Shown: positions 1 to 6,858 of the stretch, piece by piece
Layout of the letters: each line of letters starts with the position of its first letter
Numbering within the stretch: the stretch's first letter is position 1
From: Candidatus Electrothrix yaqonensis
Lineage (GTDB): Bacteria > Desulfobacterota > Desulfobulbia > Desulfobulbales > Desulfobulbaceae
Length of the DNA: 32,000 nucleotides
Direction of reading: 5' to 3'
Assembly: GCA_047651235.1 (NCBI GenBank)
Contig: CP178758.1
Span: 2,520,001-2,552,000 of the forward strand
The notes under the pieces: generated by a model
What the model was told of the DNA's origin: nothing
The model's database searches: none
Seen by the model: the letters and a program-made list of their open reading frames with translations, nothing else
Translations under genes and position numbers: made by a program

Positions 1-675
1 AAACTGCACTCACTTGATCATTTTTCCTTGGAATTTCAATGGCAAAATCTTCTCCTGGTGCCAAGATGCAAAGGAAAGCTGCTGGAACCTCACGCATGGG
101 TGATCCCTATTCATAAGTTCATCAGCCAGTTAAATGGAGATAAGGGGTTGGGTGCTCATAACTTAATCCCACGGCAAATTGGGCAGGAAAATTTGGAGGC
201 TTTAGGGGTAAAAGTATGGGAGCCCGTACTGCTCAATGATGGAAAAATGTTTCTCAAGAGTTATGCCACATTGCAGATACGTCTTCGGCATCTGGTGCAA
301 CTAAGAAATATCAAGAAGAAAGATGATCTTAGTGAAGAAATTATTCAATTCTATTTCAATCAAACAAAAAACGAGTTGAATGGAAATATTCAACAATTGC
401 TTAATCAGATAGAAAAAATATTCTCTTTAAATAGCCAACTATCCGGCATGGCTGATAAAAACAAGCATGAATATTTAAAACTTGCCGCAGATCAACTATT
501 TAAAATTAATAAGCAATTAATTCCAGAGTATTTAAAAAATGGTCAAGCTGTTATGACCTATGAAACCATGAAAGAATGGCAGGAACAGCTTTTGTCTGTT
601 CAAGATACGGTGTTTGTCATCTATCTCTACTGGTGCGGATATGCTATTCATCGCTATAATTCTGGTATCCAATGA
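1..675 (+). CDS. hypothetical protein, 5'-partial (reading frame is open to the left window edge)
   Basis: Frame 1 has no stop from nt 1 to the TGA at 673-675, so the listed TTG at 28 is probably internal. The gene is AT-rich and Lys/Asn/Gln-rich with no motif I recognise. Its stop overlaps the ppx ATG (ATGA at 672-675). Confidence 0.5.
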   Translation, partial: KLHSLDHFSLEFQWQNLLLVPRCKGKLLEPHAWVIPIHKFISQLNGDKGLGAHNLIPRQIGQENLEALGVKVWEPVLLNDGKMFLKSYATLQIRLRHLVQLRNIKKKDDLSEEIIQFYFNQTKNELNGNIQQLLNQIEKIFSLNSQLSGMADKNKHEYLKLAADQLFKINKQLIPEYLKNGQAVMTYETMKEWQEQLLSVQDTVFVIYLYWCGYAIHRYNSGIQ

Positions 676-2174
676 ATAAGCAACCCCAAACTCCCCAATT
701 CCTTGCCGCCGTTGATCTCGGCTCCAACAGCTTCCACATGGTTGTTGCCCGCATTGAAGACGGGCATATCCACATCCTGGACAAGCTGAAAGAGATGGTG
801 CGTCTCGGTGCCGGACTGGATAAGCGCGGTCGGCTTTCCGCAGAAGCCCGCCAGTGCGCCCTTGCCTGTCTGCGCCGTTTCGGCGAGCGGGTGCGGAATT
901 TTCCTGCCGGGACGGTAGCCGCTGTGGGCACGAAAACGCTGCGGCAGGCTAAGAAATCCCGGCGTTTTGTAGAGCAGGCCGGGCAGGCTCTGGGCCATCC
1001 GATTGCCGTCATCGGCGGGAAAGAGGAAGCCCGCCTGGTGTATCTGGGCGTTTCCCATTCCCTGGCAGCTGCGGGCGGCAGGCGCTTTGTCATGGATATC
1101 GGCGGCGGCAGTACTGAGCTGATTATCGGAGAAGATTTTGAGCCGCTGCACCTGCACAGCCTGAATATGGGCTGTGTCAGCATGAGCCGTCAGTGCTTCC
1201 GCAACGGCAGCCTGAACCAGAAAAACTGGAAAAAGGCTTCCATTGCAGCTCACCTGGAACTGCGTCCGGTGCGGTATGCGTTTCAACAGGCAGGCTGGGA
1301 TTCCGCCACCGGGGCCTCCGGTACGATCAAGGCTGTGGGCAGCGTTGTGCAGGCGCTCGGCCTTGCGCCTTACACCATCACCCTGGACAGTCTGGACAGG
1401 ATACGCAAACTGATGACCGCTGCCGGACACCTGGACAATCTTGATCTGCCCGGCCTGAAAACAGAGCGCAAGCCTGTTTTTGCCGGAGGACTGGCTGTCC
1501 TTATTGCCGTGTTTGAGGCTCTGAAAATCGAGAGCATGCAGATCTCCGACGGGGCTTTGCGGGAAGGGCTGCTCTATGAACGACTGGGCCGCATCAGAAG
1601 CGAGGATACCCGGTTAACGACTGTTGCCGGTGTACAGCAACGCTTCCAGCTCAGCCGCCGACATGCTGATCGGGTGACCGAAACAGCGCGTCGGCTCTTT
1701 GCTGCCTGTGAAGCAGCATGGAATTTGGCTCCAGAAGATGCTGAACTGCTCTACTGGGCAGGCAGTCTGCATGAGATCGGCCTTGCGGTTTCTCTGAGCG
1801 GATACCAGAAACACGGTGCCTATCTCCTGGACCACGCTGATCTGCCCGGATTTTCTTTTGCCGAGCAGGAGCAGATGAGCGTGCTGGTCCGTTGCCATCG
1901 CAAGAAGCTGTCGAAAAGTCTGTTCAGAAAAATCCCCGCTGAACGGCGGCAGACTGTCCTGCGGCTTGCGGTCCTGCTGCGCCTTGCTGCGCTGCTGCAT
2001 CGTTCCCGTAAAGACGAGACAGCGGTCATTGAGGATGTTATTGCCAAGGGAGAGAGCTTGTCCCTTCACTTTGCCGAGGGTGAGCTGGACAGGCATCCCC
2101 TCCAGCTTGCCAGCCTGAAACAGGAGGCCGGGTATGTAAAACAGATCGGGTTTACACTCAGGTTTTCTTCGTGA
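672..2174 (+). CDS. ppx: exopolyphosphatase / guanosine pentaphosphate phosphohydrolase (Ppx/GppA family)
   Basis: 500 aa. The N-terminus AAVDLGSNSFHMVVARIEDG and DIGGGSTELI are the ASKHA phosphate-binding motifs typical of Ppx/GppA. The C-terminal half is HD-like (LHEIGLAVSLSGYQKHGAYLL). Confidence 0.9.
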   Translation: MNKQPQTPQFLAAVDLGSNSFHMVVARIEDGHIHILDKLKEMVRLGAGLDKRGRLSAEARQCALACLRRFGERVRNFPAGTVAAVGTKTLRQAKKSRRFVEQAGQALGHPIAVIGGKEEARLVYLGVSHSLAAAGGRRFVMDIGGGSTELIIGEDFEPLHLHSLNMGCVSMSRQCFRNGSLNQKNWKKASIAAHLELRPVRYAFQQAGWDSATGASGTIKAVGSVVQALGLAPYTITLDSLDRIRKLMTAAGHLDNLDLPGLKTERKPVFAGGLAVLIAVFEALKIESMQISDGALREGLLYERLGRIRSEDTRLTTVAGVQQRFQLSRRHADRVTETARRLFAACEAAWNLAPEDAELLYWAGSLHEIGLAVSLSGYQKHGAYLLDHADLPGFSFAEQEQMSVLVRCHRKKLSKSLFRKIPAERRQTVLRLAVLLRLAALLHRSRKDETAVIEDVIAKGESLSLHFAEGELDRHPLQLASLKQEAGYVKQIGFTLRFSS

Positions 2175-2201
2175 CTGATTTGTTATCTGAAACCCTTCCG
2201 T

Positions 2202-2429
2202 TCAGCCTTTGATGAACTTCAGAAACTCAGAACTGCGCGACCGGAATTCTCCCAGGAACCAATTGACATGCTGACACTGAACGGCTTCACGGGTGACGCA
2301 GACCTGATGCGCAGATTGCTGGACGCAGCAGGCGATAGTACATATCAGCGCTGATGAGAGCTGCCGGACAAGCGTATACAGCTGCTGCAGAACATTCCGA
2401 AAACCAAGGCAACAACCTGACTGTATCAA
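2202..2429 (-). CDS. hypothetical small Cys-rich protein (weak call)
   Basis: 75-aa ORF filling the ppx-yggT gap. It uses a non-ATG start, has no clear SD and no recognisable motif. Confidence 0.2.
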   Translation of the reverse strand: MIQSGCCLGFRNVLQQLYTLVRQLSSALICTIACCVQQSAHQVCVTREAVQCQHVNWFLGEFRSRSSEFLKFIKG

Positions 2430-2459
2430 CTAAAATTACCATTTCCCCCTCCTCAGCTG

Positions 2460-2488
2460 TTTACTCTGCCCTATCTGTCAGGTAGTAT
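2460..2488 (+). promoter_or_regulatory. candidate sigma70-type promoter for the yggT operon
   Basis: TTTACT (2460-2465), a 17-nt spacer, then TAGTAT (2483-2488), about 60 nt upstream of the yggT ATG. Pattern match only. Confidence 0.3.
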
Positions 2489-2545
2489 AAGCTACGGAAC
2501 CGCTCCTGAAAAATCAGTCAACCCTCACCTTGGAAGTAACCGCTC

Positions 2546-2842
2546 ATGTTTCTACTCGGAAATTTTATACTTGCGCTTGCCAAACTGATTAATGTCGCCT
2601 TTTCCGCCTATGTCTGGATTGTCATCGCCCGGGCTGTCATATCCTGGGTGAATCCTGATCCGTATAATCCTATTGTCCGCTTTCTGATTCAGGCCACTGA
2701 TCCGCTGCTTCGGAAAATACAGCGTTATATCCCGTCCATGGGAGGAATAGATCTGAGTCCCATGATTCTGATTCTGGCCATTGTCTTTCTGCAGAGCTTT
2801 ATTGTGCCGACTCTGACCCAGATCGGCATGAATCTGCGTTGA
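2546..2842 (+). CDS. yggT: YggT family membrane protein
   Basis: 98 aa with two hydrophobic segments and ARAVISWVNPDPYNPIVRFLIQATDPLLRKIQRYIP, which is typical of the YggT/Ycf19 family. Confidence 0.85.
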   Translation: MFLLGNFILALAKLINVAFSAYVWIVIARAVISWVNPDPYNPIVRFLIQATDPLLRKIQRYIPSMGGIDLSPMILILAIVFLQSFIVPTLTQIGMNLR

Positions 2843-2854
2843 ATCTTTGGACCG

Positions 2855-3151
2855 ATGTCGTATCTGCAGGTTCAGTCCGACGGCAGTCTCCTCCTCTCTC
2901 TGTATGTCCAGCCCCGATCTGCCCGCAATGAAATCGCCGGGCTGCATGGAGATGCCGTAAAACTGCGCCTTACTGCGCCGCCGGTGGACGGCAAGGCCAA
3001 CAAGGCGGTCATTACCTTTCTGGCAAAATGCTTCAAAATTCCTAAATCTGCTGTGCAGATCAGGAGCGGCCAGCAAAGTCGGATCAAAAAAATTCTGCTG
3101 AACAGCGTTGAAGAAGAGCGCGTCCGTTCCCTGCTGGAGCAAGAATTATGA
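2855..3151 (+). CDS. DUF167 (YggU-like) protein
   Basis: 98 aa. LYVQPRSARNEIAGLHGDAVKLRLTAPPVDGKANKAVITFLAK matches the DUF167 signature (PP.DGKAN). It sits next to yggT, as is common. Confidence 0.85.
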   Translation: MSYLQVQSDGSLLLSLYVQPRSARNEIAGLHGDAVKLRLTAPPVDGKANKAVITFLAKCFKIPKSAVQIRSGQQSRIKKILLNSVEEERVRSLLEQEL

Positions 3152-4596
3152 GAAGAAAACAGCGACGAGTGAAACGACTGAAAACTATTCTGGAGGTTTT
3201 TTCCGACGCGTGGGATCTTTATACACGCAGGGCCCTGTCTGTCCTGCTTGTCACTCTGCTGGCGCCCGTGATAACGGTGATTGTCCTGGCTGGCTGCGGA
3301 GCAGCAGCCTTTATCGGCCTGGGTGGAGAGCAGGCATTTACCGGTGATCTGCGGCAGATGCTGCTCAATCCGGCAGTTTTGGGGGCGGGAGCTGCGTTTA
3401 TTCTGCTGGCCGGACTGATGATTACTTGGTGCCAGACAGCGGTGCTGACTGTTGCCGTTGATGAAGAACGGGATATTTTAGGAGGGCTGGCAGCGGGCTG
3501 GAAATATGTCTTTTCTCTGCTCTGGATAGGGAGCCTTTATTTCGGCATCATCATGACCGGTATGCTGTTGATTGTTCCAGGTCTTGTTCTGGCCCTGTCC
3601 ATGTCCCTCTGTTTCTATATCATGATCGAGGAGGAAATTACCGGGATTGATACACTCATGGCCAGCCGTCTGTACATGCGGGGCCATTGGTGGAATACCC
3701 TGCTGAAATTCCTGCCGGTCTGGCTGCTCTCCCTGCTGATCGGCCTGATTCCTGTTGCCGGGCAGGTGCTTGCCTTTCTTTTCACCCCGTTTGTGCTGTT
3801 TTATGGCGTGGTTGTTTATCGTAACCTCAAAGAAGTCACAGGAGAGGTTGATCCAAGTGACTGCTGCAGGCCGCTGTGGGTGCTGATGGGCACTTTCGGT
3901 ATGCTGCTTCCTCTGCTCGCCTTTGTCGGTGCTGTTCTTGCATTCGGGCCTCGGCTCCAGGAAAAGCTGCCGCAGATACAGCACCAAGTCAATCAGATCG
4001 TGGGATCGGAGATATTTCCGCTGCAGACAGGTGGTGCAGGATTACCGTCTGTCCTGCAGCTTGCTTCAGTGGACGGCTTTCTGGTCTGGCGCGACCCGGT
4101 CAACGATACGCATAATCCTCTGCTGGATATCAGAGAGGTCTCGGCAAAAGGAGATGCAGGAGAACTGCAGCTCAGGGTACGGCTTGCCCGTCCTTTTGCT
4201 GACTATTTTGCTGCTGCCAAGGCCGGAAGGAGCGAGCCGCTGGTCAGCTTTTACCTTGATACAGATCAGGACCGTGCAACCGGCGGTTCTCCGTTTAGTA
4301 ACGGACAGGGCAGAAACGGGTATGATATGGATATCGAGGTGCAGTTACGTGCTCAGTCTGCTGAGCAGAACACGCCTGCGGGAGTGAATACAGGAATCTA
4401 CAGAGTTGACCGTCGGGAAAACAGGTCTTTCCAGGGCACACTGGATGACAGTGCAGTGAAAATTACCGGCGATACCTTGACCATACGTTTGCCGTACAGT
4501 CAGTTAAGTACCACCGGTAAGGGGGCTGTCCGGATCTGCTACCGGGAAACAGGGCAGCAGACTCCGGCAGAAGATAAACTGGTTCCGTTGAAGTAA
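3148..4596 (+). CDS. multi-pass membrane protein with a C-terminal soluble domain, function unknown
   Basis: 482 aa. ATGA overlap with the DUF167 gene. The first ~270 aa hold about 6 hydrophobic helices. The C-terminal ~200 aa are hydrophilic and look beta-rich. Confidence 0.7.
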   Translation: MRRKQRRVKRLKTILEVFSDAWDLYTRRALSVLLVTLLAPVITVIVLAGCGAAAFIGLGGEQAFTGDLRQMLLNPAVLGAGAAFILLAGLMITWCQTAVLTVAVDEERDILGGLAAGWKYVFSLLWIGSLYFGIIMTGMLLIVPGLVLALSMSLCFYIMIEEEITGIDTLMASRLYMRGHWWNTLLKFLPVWLLSLLIGLIPVAGQVLAFLFTPFVLFYGVVVYRNLKEVTGEVDPSDCCRPLWVLMGTFGMLLPLLAFVGAVLAFGPRLQEKLPQIQHQVNQIVGSEIFPLQTGGAGLPSVLQLASVDGFLVWRDPVNDTHNPLLDIREVSAKGDAGELQLRVRLARPFADYFAAAKAGRSEPLVSFYLDTDQDRATGGSPFSNGQGRNGYDMDIEVQLRAQSAEQNTPAGVNTGIYRVDRRENRSFQGTLDDSAVKITGDTLTIRLPYSQLSTTGKGAVRICYRETGQQTPAEDKLVPLK

Positions 4597-4602
4597 TCTT
4601 GT

Positions 4603-5001
4603 TCAGTCTTTCGGGACAACCGGATAATTGCTCATTTCCCATTCCTTCCAGCCTCCGTTGAGTGCGTAGACATTGCTAAAGCCTTTCTCCATGAGCATGC
4701 GTGCGACATAACCGCTGCTGCCCAGCCCTTCGCAGGCGCAATACAGGACCAGCGGGGTACTTTTATGAAAGTTTTCCGCCCAAGTCTCAAGCTGATCAAT
4801 AGGCAGGCGGATCGCTCCCGGAATTTTGCTGTTGCTGGAATCCCAGTCGTTGTCACTGCGGACATCCAGGATGGTGAATTCCTGGGTACCGAGTTCTGCT
4901 CTGAGCTCTTCTTTGCTGATGGTGGGGACGTCAGCAGCAAGGGCCGGAAGTGCAGCTGTGCAGAGAAAAACAGCAGCAACCAGCAATAAAATTTTTTTCA
5001 T
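4603..5001 (-). CDS. periplasmic single-domain rhodanese (sulfurtransferase), Cys form
   Basis: 132 aa. Signal peptide MKKILLLVAAVFLCTAALPALA. Active-site loop YCACEGLGSSGYVARMLMEKGF followed by LNGGWKEW, typical of GlpE/PspE-like rhodaneses. Confidence 0.85.
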   Translation of the reverse strand: MKKILLLVAAVFLCTAALPALAADVPTISKEELRAELGTQEFTILDVRSDNDWDSSNSKIPGAIRLPIDQLETWAENFHKSTPLVLYCACEGLGSSGYVARMLMEKGFSNVYALNGGWKEWEMSNYPVVPKD

Positions 5002-5450
5002 GACTTTTCCTCTTCTGTTGTACTTTTCCCGTCTTCAGCAGAACGGTTTACTTTTTTTACTTTTTTCTCCACCGGAAAATTCTTTTCTGTCCATTCCCGC
5101 CAGCCTCCTTTGAGAACATAGACCTCGGTGTACTCTTTTTCCATGAGCAGGCGTACCAAACTGGCACTGCTATGTTCATTCTTTCAGGAACAATAAACAA
5201 CAATGGTTCTGTCTTTCGGCAGATCGGCTGCCCATTTTTCCATAGTGGCCTGAGTTGCCCGGATTGCTCCGGGAATCTTTGTCGCAGCGGCCTGCCAGCC
5301 GCCTTCCGAGCGTGCATCCAGAATGGTGATGTCCTCAGAAGAAAGTTGCTCCTTAAGTTCGTCAGTACGCATAAACCGGATGTCGTCAGCAGCGACCGCC
5401 TGTGTCAGTCCGCTGAATAAAAAGATAATGAGCAGCAATATTCTGTTCAC
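4998..5450 (-). CDS. periplasmic rhodanese paralogue with in-frame UGA (probable selenocysteine) at the catalytic position
   Basis: GTG start at 5450 with an AAGGAG SD. Signal peptide MNRILLLIIFLFSGLTQAVA. The listed 88-aa ORF stops at TGA 5186..5184, but the same frame stays open for 61 more codons to TGA 5000..4998. Those codons read KNEHSSASLVRLLMEKEYTEVYVLKGGWREWTEKNFPVEKK..., the conserved rhodanese C-terminal half. The final stop overlaps the ATG of the downstream paralogue (ATGA). Confidence 0.6.
5146..5171 (-). promoter_or_regulatory. SECIS-like hairpin downstream of the in-frame UGA
   Basis: Minus-strand RNA: UGA, 12 nt, then AGCAG-UGCCA-[GUU]-UGGUA-(CGC bulge)-CUGCU. That is 10 bp in total with G and U in the apical loop, about 23 nt after the UGA. 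Folded by eye only. Confidence 0.45.
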
Positions 5451-5740
5451 TTTCTTTCTCCTTTTTTATTAATTGGAAAGATCTCACCGTAAAAAACGCC
5501 TCAGCCCTCTATTCCGGAGGGTAATAACGAGCCGCGTTTTTTTCGCATTCCTCAATAAATTGCCCTTACTGTACAGTACGTAACATAAAGTGTACAGTCT
5601 TTTTATCAGAGGAACCAATTCAAAAGATGGGGTGCGGAAAGGACATGCGCACGGATATTTAGTTTCCGCAGAAACTCAAATGATTATGAAGTGCTCACGG
5701 AAAACAGCGAGGCGATGATTCAGATTTATGATCAGCATTC

Positions 5741-5846
5741 TTATAACTGATGTTACGCACGCAAATAAAAGATCAGTAAGTTACGAGACACCCAAAGCGT
5801 AGAATCTGCCGATTTTGCGTTTCGGCTGCGTAACATCAGCTTATAA
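5741..5846. repeat. long imperfect inverted repeat / hairpin in non-coding DNA
   Basis: TTATAACTGATGTTACGCA (5741-5759) pairs with TGCGTAACATCAG(C)TTATAA (5827-5846), giving 19 bp with one bulged C. It is extended by CGCAAA/TTTGCG after an internal loop. Confidence 0.6.
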
Positions 5847-5975
5847 AAAGTAAGAAGACCGGCTCAGCAGGTTTTTAAAAACAGCTTCTTAGCAGGGCCT
5901 GTCAATACCGCATTCGTAACAATTTTTTCTTCATCCTCTTGTAATGATTCCCGATCCAAAGTAAGGCTTCACCGG

Positions 5976-6007
5976 CAACAACAGCTTCATTTTTTTTGTG
6001 TGAACAG
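5976..6007. repeat. left inverted repeat bounding the 6144-6470 ORF unit
   Basis: CAACAACAGCTTCATTTTTTTTGTGTGAACAG. The reverse complement of 6574-6604 is CAGCAACAGCTTAATTTTCTTGTGTGAACAG, about 28 of 32 positions identical. Confidence 0.7.
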
Positions 6008-6025
6008 GCCTTGGTATACAAAATC

Positions 6026-6146
6026 AAGGAGGTATAGCTGGAGCAGTATAAACTGAATACAGGATCAGCTATCTGAAAGGCGTGAAGGCAAAACTTATGC
6101 CTCTTGTGGGCATATTCAAATTATGTTGCTCCAGCTATAGTACATG
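6026..6146 (+). promoter_or_regulatory. split translation-initiation region: SD, 13-bp stem enclosing about 81 nt, then the ATG
   Basis: AAGGAGG at 6026-6032 is followed directly by TATAGCTGGAGCA (6033-6045). That pairs perfectly with TGCTCCAGCTATA (6127-6139), which is followed by GTAC and ATG (6144). There is no SD-like sequence next to the ATG itself. Confidence 0.45.
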
Positions 6147-6470
6147 GCTTGGAAATGGTATGATATTAAGAGTTACAAGGTGTCCTCAGGAGGAGGCCGA
6201 TATTACGGAGGCGTACAACTGTTCGGAGAAGGGTTCTATGGATTACTGACGTTCCATAAGGACGGGCCATTGCCTTCCGCATCAGCTCCTATGACGCACG
6301 GTCAACGATTTTACGGGCACTTGGACTTTCAGCAAATGCAGATGATTGTGGATCTGCTGCGCAACGAGGCTCCGGTGCGTTTCGGTTGGTATGAGAAAGA
6401 TCCCAATCTGTTTCACCTCATGACAGGACAGGAACCTGTCGGGGAAGGTGATGGAACCCTTACGGAATAA
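6144..6470 (+). CDS. hypothetical protein (orphan, 108 aa)
   Basis: Clean ORF with Gly/Tyr/Trp-rich composition and no motif recognised. It lies inside the IR-bounded unit. Confidence 0.5.
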   Translation: MAWKWYDIKSYKVSSGGGRYYGGVQLFGEGFYGLLTFHKDGPLPSASAPMTHGQRFYGHLDFQQMQMIVDLLRNEAPVRFGWYEKDPNLFHLMTGQEPVGEGDGTLTE

Positions 6471-6573
6471 AAGCGTAAAGCAATCGTCCGGAAACAGACT
6501 GAGATATGCGGTTTATTGAAGATTATGATCTTCCGTCATAGCTGAGACTATTTTGCTTAAAGAGAGATAGGGT

Positions 6574-6604
6574 CTGTTCACACAAGAAAATTAAGCTGTT
6601 GCTG
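6574..6604. repeat. right inverted repeat bounding the 6144-6470 ORF unit
   Basis: CTGTTCACACAAGAAAATTAAGCTGTTGCTG, the partner of 5976-6007. Confidence 0.7.
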
Positions 6605-6643
6605 AAGTTTCACCGACCTCTGCGTATTTTCCCTGCACATAAT

Positions 6644-6661
6644 CCCCCCCCCAAAAAAAAA
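6644..6661. repeat. C9A9 double homopolymer tract
   Basis: CCCCCCCCCAAAAAAAAA read directly. It lies about 200 nt upstream of the 6859 gene. Confidence 0.9.
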
Positions 6662-6728
6662 TTCAGACTTTGAAGCCATAGCATGATGGTCCCTGCTCCC
6701 GGGTTATCGGTTGTCTTTCACTGAATCA

Positions 6729-6747
6729 GTTTGAGTTTGAGTTTGAG
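6729..6747. repeat. (GTTTGA)x3 tandem hexamer
   Basis: GTTTGAGTTTGAGTTTGAG read directly. Confidence 0.9.
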
Positions 6748-6858
6748 CTGAAAGTTCCTTTCTTTGAAAGAATAGTTCCTTACATTATCTTAAAATTACA
6801 GGTAAAATCATAATAAATATAGGCGATCAACACCATCCTTCAGTATTTCCGAAAGAAA

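Noticed and set aside
644-1430. Minus-strand ORFs of 179 and 258 aa opposite ppx
   Set aside because: They are antisense to a confident Ppx/GppA gene. Their composition is Pro/Arg/Ala-rich and typical of shadow frames.
5057-5317. 86-aa minus-strand ORF overlapping the rhodanese region
   Set aside because: It lies in a different frame from the rhodanese and has no rhodanese similarity. The conserved C-terminal rhodanese motifs are in the frame that reads through the TGA.
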